Below, one piece after another: positions 1-8,238 of a DNA stretch of 25,117 nt (position 1 is the first letter of the stretch; every line of letters starts with the position of its first letter). The notes under the pieces are model-generated. The model was not told the origin of the DNA. It saw only the letters and a program-made list of their open reading frames with translations, and did not search any database. Source of the stretch: a virus (lineage: Duplodnaviria > Caudoviricetes). The stretch lies in IMG/VR virus record IMGVR_UViG_3300022183_000065, positions 1-25,117 of that record. One strand, written 5' to 3'. A program made the translations under genes and the position numbers.

Positions 1-2355
1 GGAGAACTTGCGGCATTTCAGCACAACAACGCAGCCGCAGGAGATAGAATATTAGCAGTTAGACTAGGTACTGTTGTTGCCGGTGCCGTCGACGTTCTAA
101 CAGTCTCAGGGGCAACTTCCTTAGGTGATCTCAGATCTGTGGTACAACAAAACAATAATGGAAATGCGGTAAGTGTTCACAGAGTTTTAGGCACTGGAGA
201 TGCATTATCAAAGTATGAAATAAACGGTGGGCAGGTTTGGGCTGTTGGATTAGACAACAGTGACTCTGATAGCTTCAAGATAAGCGGAAGCAGTAATTTA
301 GGCACAAACGATTATCTTACAATCGACACCAGCGGTAGCGTTGGTATCGGGACTGCTTCGCCAACCTCTTTGCTTCATATATTAGGCGCTTCGGCTAAAG
401 CCAGAATTCAAGATTCTTCAAATAGTTACGCTCTTGATTTACAAATGTCAAGTAGTGTGGGTTTAATTTCTGCTTCGGCAGATATGGCATTAAGACCCGG
501 AGGAGTCGAAAGTGTTAGGCTTAAATCTGATGGGAAAGTTGGCATCGGGACTGATTCGCCTAATGCCGCTCTTCATGTTTTGTCTTCAGGTAATGGTGAG
601 ATAGAAGTAGAAAGAACTGGTGGTGCTTTAATTAACTTACAAGCGCAAGCCACAATAGGTGTTATAGGTACAAATACAAACCACGATTTCCGACTAAAGT
701 CAAATGGCGGTGTTCGTATGACACTCGACACCAGTGGGAAAGTTGGGATAGGGACTGTCAATCCGGCGAAGACTTTGCACGTAGAGGGTGAGGTTATTGC
801 TTACACAGGCGCAGATGGCCTAGCTGAGTTCAGGCATCTTAGCGGTCTAGGCGGTGTGGCGATAACGGGCAGCGGAGCTGCGTCAACTCCTAGTTTGTAT
901 TTCAAGAACAACTATGGGACTTCTCTCACTGACATTTATGCAGTGGTGGCTGACGGCTCAGACGATAGTCTAAAGTTTGTGAACGGCGGGACTATAATCA
1001 CAGGGACTACCCGGATGACCCTAGACGCCAGCGGTAACGTTGGTATCGGAGACTCGACCCCAACAGCCAAACTGCATGTGTCGGACGCTACAGCACCAAC
1101 AATCAAGCAAACGAGAACAGACACCGGGCAGTCTTGGATACTAGGGATTGATTCAAGCGGTCGTTTTGGCGTGGGGGAAGCCGCTAGTGAAGGTGGTACA
1201 GTCTTCACTCGATTCACGATTGACGACACGGGTGAAGTTGGTATCGGCACTAGCGCGCCTAGTAGACGTTTGGATGTTCGCTCAGGCGTATTCAATTCCG
1301 CTATTGCTCAAATTACAGGCGCAAACGACGGGCGTGGTTTGTTAATTAGCACGTTTCAACGTGCCTCTAATGACGATAGTGTTGACTATGATGCACAATT
1401 TGGTGGGCATCACACGTTTAGTAGTAATGGATCTGAAAAAGTAAGAATTACTAATACCGGGAACGTTGGGATCGGGACTACTGCGCCAGACACGAAGTTA
1501 ACTCTGTTATATAGCGCCAACGGTAGCGCAGAAGGTCTTAAATTAAATTCAGCGACCCGAACAGTTAATGAAGATAGTTTATCTGCCATTGAAGTAGTAG
1601 GAAACTCAAACTATGGTACTGTATTTAATGTGCAAATGGATGGTCAGATTCAGGTAAGTCCACGTGGCAATGAAGCCATGCGCATCGCCGTCAATGGTAA
1701 CGTTGGCATCGGCCAAACCCCGACCGCAGACTTGCATCTGAACGCTGACGCCACAACAACTAATGCATTCCAGATCGAGGCTGATACTGTAACTACAGGG
1801 AATGTGATTGACGTTGATAATGCAGACGCCTTAACCACAGGCGGTATCGCTGACTTAGTGAGTAACAGCTCTGATACGGGCACAAGAAACCTAGTAAACA
1901 TTCGCAACGGTAACTCTGCTGCAACGGGGGCTGTCCCTCTCAAGGTTGAGCAGGACGCTAACCAGACTGGTATTGAGTTAACAAGTGACTGTACAACTGA
2001 ACCCGGTTTGCTCGTTCAAGCTAACAGCTTAACAACTGGAGCAGCGATCTACGGCTACAGTGACTCATCGGCTACTGGTAGTCTGAGGGGTGTGATTCGA
2101 GGACGGCAAGCGAGCACATCAGCAGTTAGTTCTTATGTTGGTTACTTCCAGCAAAAGAGCACTCAATCCGTTCTAGGTTTAGAGAAAGACGCAACAACTG
2201 GTGGCGGGTTCATTGACTACTGTGGTGATGAAGGCGCAAACACAACAGACCCAGTTAGTACACACGGTACAGCTGGAACAATTCAAAAATGGATACAGGT
2301 CGAGGTTAACGGTACTAAATACTGGATGCCTGTGTACTCAGCACCTAGCGCATAA
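1..2355 (+). CDS. Long tail fibre / receptor-binding protein, 5'-truncated
   Basis: Frame is open from base 1 (GELAAFQHNN...), so the 139 start in the track is internal. Gly/Ser/Thr-rich with seven GxVGIG(T/D/Q) repeats and a C-terminal WIQVEVNGTKYWMPVY motif typical of phage fibres. Confidence 0.85.
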   Translation, partial: GELAAFQHNNAAAGDRILAVRLGTVVAGAVDVLTVSGATSLGDLRSVVQQNNNGNAVSVHRVLGTGDALSKYEINGGQVWAVGLDNSDSDSFKISGSSNLGTNDYLTIDTSGSVGIGTASPTSLLHILGASAKARIQDSSNSYALDLQMSSSVGLISASADMALRPGGVESVRLKSDGKVGIGTDSPNAALHVLSSGNGEIEVERTGGALINLQAQATIGVIGTNTNHDFRLKSNGGVRMTLDTSGKVGIGTVNPAKTLHVEGEVIAYTGADGLAEFRHLSGLGGVAITGSGAASTPSLYFKNNYGTSLTDIYAVVADGSDDSLKFVNGGTIITGTTRMTLDASGNVGIGDSTPTAKLHVSDATAPTIKQTRTDTGQSWILGIDSSGRFGVGEAASEGGTVFTRFTIDDTGEVGIGTSAPSRRLDVRSGVFNSAIAQITGANDGRGLLISTFQRASNDDSVDYDAQFGGHHTFSSNGSEKVRITNTGNVGIGTTAPDTKLTLLYSANGSAEGLKLNSATRTVNEDSLSAIEVVGNSNYGTVFNVQMDGQIQVSPRGNEAMRIAVNGNVGIGQTPTADLHLNADATTTNAFQIEADTVTTGNVIDVDNADALTTGGIADLVSNSSDTGTRNLVNIRNGNSAATGAVPLKVEQDANQTGIELTSDCTTEPGLLVQANSLTTGAAIYGYSDSSATGSLRGVIRGRQASTSAVSSYVGYFQQKSTQSVLGLEKDATTGGGFIDYCGDEGANTTDPVSTHGTAGTIQKWIQVEVNGTKYWMPVYSAPSA
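320..1725 (+). repeat. Seven dispersed GxVGIGTxxP module-boundary repeats in the tail fibre (boundaries approximate)
   Basis: GSVGIGTASP, GKVGIGTDSP, GKVGIGTVNP, GNVGIGDSTP, GEVGIGTSAP, GNVGIGTTAP, GNVGIGQTP. Also visible in DNA as GTTGG(T/C/G)AT(C/A)GG. Confidence 0.85.
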
Positions 2356-2393
2356 GGAGCGCAATTAAAATGACAGACTTAAATTTCACACTA

Positions 2394-2499
2394 GACCCAG
2401 TAAGTACCTACAATACTTCTGGACCCCCAGAAATGGATATAAGTATAGGTAAATGGTACTAAGTACTATATTTCCACATACTCAGACTTTAACGCATAA
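2394..2499 (+). pseudogene. Degenerate second copy of the last 36 codons of the tail fibre gene
   Basis: Manual alignment to 2248-2355 gives about 70% nt identity. It reads DPVSTYNTSGP/QKWI*V*VNGTKYYISTYSDFNA* against DPVSTHGTAGTIQKWIQVEVNGTKYWMPVYSAPSA*, with a 2-nt deletion and two internal stops. Both copies end in CGCATAAGGAGCG. Confidence 0.9.
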
Positions 2500-2513
2500 G
2501 GAGCGTAAATAAT

Positions 2514-2783
2514 ATGTCACACATAATAAACTTCACAATCACAATCCCAGACGATCAGGAAGATCGTGTAATAGCGGGAATGCAGACGCATTACGGACAG
2601 GTACAGGACGGTACTGACCCGGATACAGGTGACCCTGTATTTCGGGATCTTACTGAAGATGAGATCGTCCAGCGTATCAAAGACGAGACAGTTCAGAGAC
2701 TTATTGATATAGTCCGAAGTGTCGAGAATCAGGCTGCTGCTCGAGCAGCTATTGACAGCGTGTCTCCAATAGACGCGACTTAA
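2514..2783 (+). CDS. Small acidic tail-fibre-associated protein (possible assembly chaperone)
   Basis: 89 aa, strong SD TAAGGAG upstream, directly downstream of the fibre gene. Function inferred from position only. Confidence 0.7.
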   Translation: MSHIINFTITIPDDQEDRVIAGMQTHYGQVQDGTDPDTGDPVFRDLTEDEIVQRIKDETVQRLIDIVRSVENQAAARAAIDSVSPIDAT

Positions 2784-2809
2784 ATTAAAACTAAAAAGGA
2801 AATGTAAAA

Positions 2810-2977
2810 ATGGAAAATGTAAAATTATCACTAAGCCAAGAAGAAGTTAACGCACTGGTATCGTTGTTAGATATTGGCGTTAAAGCTTCGGGTTTGCAGT
2901 CGGTTCGTGCAGCTACCGCTTTGGTCAGTAAGATAGAAGAGGCAGTAGCCGAGTCCAACAAACCAACAGAGGAGTGA
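2810..2977 (+). CDS. 55-aa helical hypothetical protein (not in ORF track)
   Basis: MENVKLSLSQEEVNALVSLLDIGVKASGLQSVRAATALVSKIEEAVAESNKPTEE*, SD AAGGA upstream, fills the gap between neighbours. Confidence 0.75.
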   Translation: MENVKLSLSQEEVNALVSLLDIGVKASGLQSVRAATALVSKIEEAVAESNKPTEE

Positions 2978-2982
2978 TATGT

Positions 2983-3016
2983 TGGGGCATACCGGGGGCG
3001 GTAGCCCCCATCCCCA
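2983..3016. other. GC-rich intergenic stem-loop without U-tract
   Basis: GGGGGC-GGTA-GCCCCC (2994-3009) with outer TGGGG/CCCCA pairing (2983-2987/3012-3016). Confidence 0.6.
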
Positions 3017-3032
3017 CTAAAAGGAACAAGTA

Positions 3033-3260
3033 ATGCCAGTCAAAGCACTATACGTCGAATATGATTATTGGGAAGAGGGATATACTGAGGTATTTATATA
3101 TCTGCCTTATTATGTTTTTGAAGAGATTTCCATAGACCAAGGAATAATAAATGTAGACGTAAATTTTGAGGTGACTGTAGCTACTGTTCAACAAATATCG
3201 GTGGATGTTTCCTCGATAGAGCTGTCGCCTATAGACGTAGAAAACTTTGAGGTATTATAA
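3033..3260 (+). CDS. Acidic hypothetical protein, possibly virion-associated
   Basis: 75 aa, SD AAGGAA, aromatic/acidic YVEYDYWEEGY motif, TAATG overlap with the next gene. Confidence 0.65.
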   Translation: MPVKALYVEYDYWEEGYTEVFIYLPYYVFEEISIDQGIINVDVNFEVTVATVQQISVDVSSIELSPIDVENFEVL

Positions 3261-3622
3261 TGGCTGTTAAGAAGTACGATCTTTGTGACTTAGTTCGTGG
3301 AGACGACTGGACAATAAAAATGATTATTAAGGACGAGGATAATGTTCCTATAGATGTTACTAATAATCTTTATTGGTTTACTGTTAAGCAAAATCAAGAT
3401 GACCCAGACCCAGGACTAGCGCAAACTTATGTTACCGCAGACGGAGAGGAAGCAACTAATGGGGAAGTTTTTATAAGAGTACAAGACGCAATAACTAGGG
3501 TTATAGAACCTGGTAGATACTACTACGATGTTCAAGAGATTGATGGATTTGGAAATGTATTCACTCTGCTGTTGGGTAGAGTAAGAGTTGTTCAAGATAT
3601 AACTATTGATACGACTGTTTAG
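3260..3622 (+). CDS. BppU-N-like (Ig-like) baseplate/adaptor domain protein
   Basis: 120 aa with RGDD...IDVT...FTVK...GRYYYDVQ...TLLLGRVRVVQDIT pattern, typical of this beta-sandwich family. Confidence 0.6.
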   Translation: MAVKKYDLCDLVRGDDWTIKMIIKDEDNVPIDVTNNLYWFTVKQNQDDPDPGLAQTYVTADGEEATNGEVFIRVQDAITRVIEPGRYYYDVQEIDGFGNVFTLLLGRVRVVQDITIDTTV

Positions 3623-3629
3623 GTGTGAA

Positions 3630-3884
3630 ATGGACGAAAAAGAATTAGAACTAGAAAGAAAGATAACAGATCTAGAAATAAAAGAAGAGAAGGCAGAAGC
3701 TCAAAAAAAGTTAGCGTGGGCTGCTATGCTTTCTATGGTTTTATTTACTGGGGCTTTATTTACAGGTTTTATAGCTGATAATAGGGTGGATGCTTTGAGT
3801 GACCTACTTGGACTATTTTTCATAGCCCAAGCAGGTGTTGTTGGAGCTTATATGGGCGTTACAGCCTGGATGAGCAAGAAATAA
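3630..3884 (+). CDS. Two-TM membrane protein, holin-like
   Basis: Start moved to ATG 3630 (SD AGGTG). Charged N-terminus, two hydrophobic helices and basic C-terminus (MSKK). Confidence 0.6.
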   Translation: MDEKELELERKITDLEIKEEKAEAQKKLAWAAMLSMVLFTGALFTGFIADNRVDALSDLLGLFFIAQAGVVGAYMGVTAWMSKK

Positions 3885-4838
3885 TTACTTAAAAATATCC
3901 TGCCAGTTACCACTAGTGCTAGCTCGGGCATACTCAGTTGCTCTGTTTTCAAAGAAATTAGTATGCTCGACAGCATTAATCATATAATCTAGCCAAGGCA
4001 AAGGATTATCTGCACTATTAAATATTTTCTTCATACCCAGTTGTAGTAGTCTACGATCTGCAATATAGCGAATGTATTGCTTTATTTCTTCTGGTTCTAG
4101 TCCTTTAATGTTACAGTTTTCAAACGCAATGTCAATAAAAGCATCTTCTAACTCTACAACCCTTTCAGCCGCGCAATAAATCTCATACTTGAGTTCGTCA
4201 TTCCATAGTTCTGGATTTTCTCTGATATACTCTTTAAATAGCCTTGTCATTCCCTCTACATGGAGTGTCTCGTCACGAATACTCCAAGTTACTATCTGCC
4301 CCATGTTTTTCATCAGGTTATTTCTAGGAAAGTTTAAAAGGATTGCAAAACTACTAAATAGTTGAACCCCCTCAGTAAAGCCACTATAGACTGCCATAGT
4401 TTTGGCTAAATCTTTTGGGGTATCACTGCTAAAATTTGACAAGTAATCATGTTTATCAGCCATAGCTTTTACATCCATAAACATCTGATATTCTTCTTCA
4501 GGAAACCCAAGAGTTTCTAATAGAGTAGAATATGCTTCTTGATGCACCGCCTCCATAGCGGCAAATGCTGACAGCATCATCCGTACTTCAGGAGCTTTGA
4601 AGTTTGGAAGATAATGAGTCGCATACCCACAACAAACATCTACGTCACTTTGAGTAAAAAATCTAAAAATATGTCCTAGTAATCTTTTACTGTCCTCATC
4701 TAGCCCTCTATAATCCTTCAGATCGTCAGCCATAGGAACCTCGTCCGGCAGCCAATGCATATGCTGTTGATTTTTGTAAGCCTCAAATGCCCAACCATAT
4801 TGGAACGGCTTATAATAGTTTCTCTCTTCTGTTAACAT
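3885..4838 (-). CDS. nrdB: Ribonucleotide reductase class Ia beta subunit
   Basis: W-x-P-x-E-V-x-M-x-x-D, FFTQSD, EAVHQEAY, EG, RDETLH and NFFE motifs. Start at ATG 4838 follows SD GAGGAG. Confidence 0.96.
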   Translation of the reverse strand: MLTEERNYYKPFQYGWAFEAYKNQQHMHWLPDEVPMADDLKDYRGLDEDSKRLLGHIFRFFTQSDVDVCCGYATHYLPNFKAPEVRMMLSAFAAMEAVHQEAYSTLLETLGFPEEEYQMFMDVKAMADKHDYLSNFSSDTPKDLAKTMAVYSGFTEGVQLFSSFAILLNFPRNNLMKNMGQIVTWSIRDETLHVEGMTRLFKEYIRENPELWNDELKYEIYCAAERVVELEDAFIDIAFENCNIKGLEPEEIKQYIRYIADRRLLQLGMKKIFNSADNPLPWLDYMINAVEHTNFFENRATEYARASTSGNWQDIFK

Positions 4839-4839
4839 T

Positions 4840-5034
4840 TTACTCCTCAATAAAAGGTAGAGCGTCTCTTTCTTGCTCTATGATGGTTATACATAGATTA
4901 GTTACTTCTAAATCTTTTTGTAAAAACCATATTTTCTGTTGTATTTTATCTAACTCTTTTCTGTAAAACTCTAACTCTTTTTCTTTTCTGAGTTTTTGTT
5001 CCACAATTTCCGACATAAGTATTATTTTAGTCAT
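4840..5034 (-). CDS. 64-aa coiled-coil hypothetical protein
   Basis: Heptad-like K/E/L pattern, tightly packed between neighbours, its 3' end carries the nrdB SD. Confidence 0.75.
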   Translation of the reverse strand: MTKIILMSEIVEQKLRKEKELEFYRKELDKIQQKIWFLQKDLEVTNLCITIIEQERDALPFIEE

Positions 5035-5035
5035 A

Positions 5036-5194
5036 TCACCAATTATGTACTATATTGCTCATTATAAAGAAGCAAGTTACAAAGTTTACTAATACTATAA
5101 GTGTTCTTAAAACGGCCACAATATTATCATAGTCTTCTGTCTTATCGTCACTAAAACTTCCTATAGTATACTTCCATATTGTCCAAAATTTCAT
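5036..5194 (-). CDS. 52-aa single-TM hypothetical protein (not in ORF track)
   Basis: MKFWTIWKYTIGSFSDDKTEDYDNIVAVLRTLIVLVNFVTCFFIMSNIVHNW*. ATGA overlap with the nrdA stop, ends 1 nt before the next ATG. Confidence 0.8.
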   Translation of the reverse strand: MKFWTIWKYTIGSFSDDKTEDYDNIVAVLRTLIVLVNFVTCFFIMSNIVHNW

Positions 5195-6957
5195 CCTTCG
5201 CAGGCTAAACACCCCTCCTCGTCAAAATCAAATACATAGTCTCTCAACGCCTCGTCAGATACTACTTCAGCTCTCTTCATAGCAAGACTTCTAGCATAGT
5301 ATAATGTCTTCATGCCCCTGGCCCATGCCATCATATGAATATTGTGAAGCTCCTGCTTACTAACGTTAGCAGGGAAGAATACATTTACACTTTGAGACTG
5401 ACATATAAACTGTTGTCTATCCGCAGCAAATTCAATTACCCACTTCTGATCAATCTCAATAGCCGTCTTGAATACGTCTTTAGTGTAGTCATCCAGAAAG
5501 TCTAAATGTTGTACACTGCCATTGTTTGTGGTTATACTTTTCCATACTTCATCATTGTTCATGCCAATCTCGTCCAGATGATGCTCTAGGTATTCGTTCT
5601 TTAGCAGACTGCTTCCTGATTTGGTTTTTTGAGTAAATGCATTAGCTAAATAAGGTTCTATGCTTGGGCTAGTATTAGCACATATAATGCTGCTACTTGC
5701 GTTAGGGGCAATAGCAAGTAGATGTGCATTACGAACTCCATAACCCTCTGCATCTGGGCATTCTCCACGCTCTTGAGCCAGTTCTCTAGTAGCTCTATCT
5801 GCTTCTGATTTTATACGAGAAAATGCTCTCATATTAAAACTTTTAGCCATTACACCTTCAAAAGCTATATTATTTCTTTGCAAATATGCGTGAAACCCCA
5901 TAGCCCCCAAGCCAATAGATCTTTCCCTCATTGCACTGTATTTAGCCTTAGCTAAAGCGTCTGGAGCATTCTCAATAAAATAACTAAGAACATTATCCAA
6001 CATACGAACCAAGTCTGGTATGAATTGGTCATTATTGCACCAAGAGTCAAACTCTTCCAAATTTACACTAGACAAGCAGCATACTGCCGTTCTGTCTTGG
6101 CTTGTTGGCAAAGTTATCTCTGAACATAGATTAGACTGATGAACTTTCAATCCTAGGTTTCTTTGATACTCTGGTAGAGCATTGTTTACTGCATCCTCAA
6201 ACATAATGTAAGGCTCTCCAGTTTCCACCCTATTTTGCAGCATCTTAACCCATAATGCTTTAGCAGCAACAGTCTTTGTTACTTTACCACTATGAGGATC
6301 TATCAAATCCCAACTATCATCAAAGCCGGGGATTTCTGTGGCCTTGGCAATCAGTCTCATGAATTTGTCTGGAACCACCACAGCATGATGCAAGTTAGTA
6401 GACTTACGGTTAATATCACCGCCTGTGGGCTTTCTAACATCAAGAAATTCTTCAATTTCTGGATGAGATACGTGTAGATACGCTGCATAAGAACCTCTCC
6501 TAGTAACTCCTTGGGAGAAAGCAAGCATTTCAGCGTCCACTACTTTCATAAAAGGTATAACGCCTGTGCTCTCACTACCATTACTTGTTTTAGAGCCTAC
6601 AGATCTAATATTACTCCAACAACCACCAACACCCCCACCAGCAGAGGATAGCCAAGCATTTTCTGTGTAGTGATCTGTAATACCACCACGACTATCTTCT
6701 ACATAATTTAAAAAACACGATATAGGCTGGCCTCTAGTTGTTCCACCGTTAGACAATACAGGTGTTGAGAACATAAACCACAAATTACTGGCATAGTCAT
6801 ATAGACGCTGTGCATGAGCATCATTGTCAGAAAAAGCCAAAGCAGCACGAGCAAAAGCATCTTGCGGAGAAGTTTCTCCCTCTATTAAATATCTATCTTC
6901 TAGTGTCTGTATACCAAAAGGCGATAAAAGCCTGTCTCTCCCATAATCAATCTGCAT
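5191..6957 (-). CDS. nrdA: Ribonucleotide reductase class Ia alpha subunit, no ATP cone
   Basis: STPVLSN, ISCFL, SNLCSEI, VCCLSS, APNASSS, KTLYY and C-terminal CLACEG redox pair. Confidence 0.97.
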   Translation of the reverse strand: MQIDYGRDRLLSPFGIQTLEDRYLIEGETSPQDAFARAALAFSDNDAHAQRLYDYASNLWFMFSTPVLSNGGTTRGQPISCFLNYVEDSRGGITDHYTENAWLSSAGGGVGGCWSNIRSVGSKTSNGSESTGVIPFMKVVDAEMLAFSQGVTRRGSYAAYLHVSHPEIEEFLDVRKPTGGDINRKSTNLHHAVVVPDKFMRLIAKATEIPGFDDSWDLIDPHSGKVTKTVAAKALWVKMLQNRVETGEPYIMFEDAVNNALPEYQRNLGLKVHQSNLCSEITLPTSQDRTAVCCLSSVNLEEFDSWCNNDQFIPDLVRMLDNVLSYFIENAPDALAKAKYSAMRERSIGLGAMGFHAYLQRNNIAFEGVMAKSFNMRAFSRIKSEADRATRELAQERGECPDAEGYGVRNAHLLAIAPNASSSIICANTSPSIEPYLANAFTQKTKSGSSLLKNEYLEHHLDEIGMNNDEVWKSITTNNGSVQHLDFLDDYTKDVFKTAIEIDQKWVIEFAADRQQFICQSQSVNVFFPANVSKQELHNIHMMAWARGMKTLYYARSLAMKRAEVVSDEALRDYVFDFDEEGCLACEG

Positions 6958-7807
6958 TCATATACTCCATAACTCTATCATCAATTTCAGATAGACTGTG
7001 ACCTGCTTCTGTGATAGCGTCTTCACAAAAGGTTATTAGGTCCATAAGCTCATAGTTTTTCATGAGCTGCTCTTTATTCTCATTCAGGTTTTGCATATAC
7101 TTATACTTACTATCAATTGGAAGCATATCGTAAATATCAAAAGCTGTACCATATGTTTTTATCAGCTCTGTAGCTCTCTTTGGGCCAACACCAGGAATAC
7201 CTGGTATATTATCACCAGAATCGCCAGTAAGAACTTTATAGCTAATATAGTCTTCTATTGGAAAGTCAAAAAACTCATCCCACGTATGAACTGTAGTTTC
7301 TTTTCTAGTAACAGTAGAGAACCTAGAAACATTATCGTTTACCATAAGATCCCAGTCCTTATCACTAGAAATTAGCCAAATATCCTCTATACCAAACTTC
7401 TCTCTTTCCTTGCATATGTATGCGGCAATATCATCGGCTTCCACTTCTTTGTATCTTAATACTAGAAATTTCTCCTCAAACATTTCTACTACTCTTTCGT
7501 AGGCTTCGAAGAAAGCATTAGAGCGTTCTTTCTCTTCTGGTGTTTGATCCGCAAACTTCTCTTTTCTATGTGCTTTATACTCTGGAAGTATTTCTTTTCT
7601 ATATCTACTCTGATACAAGTCTGCTGTAACTATAACTTTTGCACAATCGTAAGACTGAGCAAGGCTTTCTACAGTCCTTACATAGTCTAAGCCATAATCA
7701 TCGTATTTCTTTCCATGTTTCCAACGAAAAGCAACATTCATAGCATCTAACACAAGAGCATTCTGATTTTGTAATGGTTCTGGGACCATTGACATAAATT
7801 CACTCAC
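6947..7807 (-). CDS. D15: Flap endonuclease / 5'-3' exonuclease (T5 D15-like)
   Basis: EADD, SSDKDW and GDSGDNIPGIPGVGPKRA (H3TH) motifs. Likely GTG start at 7807 overlapping the D14 stop, with GGAG 8 nt upstream. The track start 7840 is probably too long. Confidence 0.93.
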   Translation of the reverse strand: MSEFMSMVPEPLQNQNALVLDAMNVAFRWKHGKKYDDYGLDYVRTVESLAQSYDCAKVIVTADLYQSRYRKEILPEYKAHRKEKFADQTPEEKERSNAFFEAYERVVEMFEEKFLVLRYKEVEADDIAAYICKEREKFGIEDIWLISSDKDWDLMVNDNVSRFSTVTRKETTVHTWDEFFDFPIEDYISYKVLTGDSGDNIPGIPGVGPKRATELIKTYGTAFDIYDMLPIDSKYKYMQNLNENKEQLMKNYELMDLITFCEDAITEAGHSLSEIDDRVMEYMNAD

Positions 7808-8238
7808 TTTAGAAACTCCACTTTTTCTTCTTTTAACCACTCTTCCGCAAGCATTATATGACAGTTAAGCCAAGATATATAACTATATCTACATTTGTTA
7901 GGACATATATTTGTCCCCACAAAAATCTTTGATCTTGAATACTTGAAGAATAGCAGTGGTTCTTGATTTCTTTCGGCAGCTTGTTCTATTAGTTTGGGCC
8001 ACCACTGTAGTATGTAGTTTGTTTTATTAGTAAAGATTTTATCAGTAAAAGGTGAATTTTCATAATTCTTAACCTCTATACAAAACCTATTGTCCTCATG
8101 GGGTACATACAAATCCCCTTTCAAATAGGAAAGAGCGCCCGAGGCGGGCACCCTTTCAAACTGTAGCTTGGTATGCTCCCGAAGCAAATCTCTAACAAGA
8201 TACTCTCCGCGAGCACCCTTTGCTCTTGAATCAACCAT
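7804..8238 (-). CDS. D14: PD-(D/E)XK endonuclease / Holliday junction resolvase (T5 D14-like)
   Basis: SRAKGARGE...RVPASGA...GD...IEVK pattern and T5 gene order. Confidence 0.88.
   Translation of the reverse strand: MVDSRAKGARGEYLVRDLLREHTKLQFERVPASGALSYLKGDLYVPHEDNRFCIEVKNYENSPFTDKIFTNKTNYILQWWPKLIEQAAERNQEPLLFFKYSRSKIFVGTNICPNKCRYSYISWLNCHIMLAEEWLKEEKVEFLK

Noticed and set aside
2440-2465. Stop-codon reassignment suggested by TAA/TAG aligned to Gln/Glu codons
   Set aside because: The segment is also frameshifted, and all intact genes read in the standard code and use TAA, TAG and TGA as stops.
2248-2499. Diversity-generating retroelement VR/TR pair at the fibre tip
   Set aside because: Mismatches are not adenine-specific (many C/T, G/T and synonymous changes plus an indel) and no reverse transcriptase is in the window.
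2798-2824. Short tandem GGAAA(A)TGTAAAA repeat containing an ATG-TAA minigene
   Set aside because: Only about 12 nt and AT-rich, and the first ATG is too close to the SD to initiate. Likely chance or slippage.
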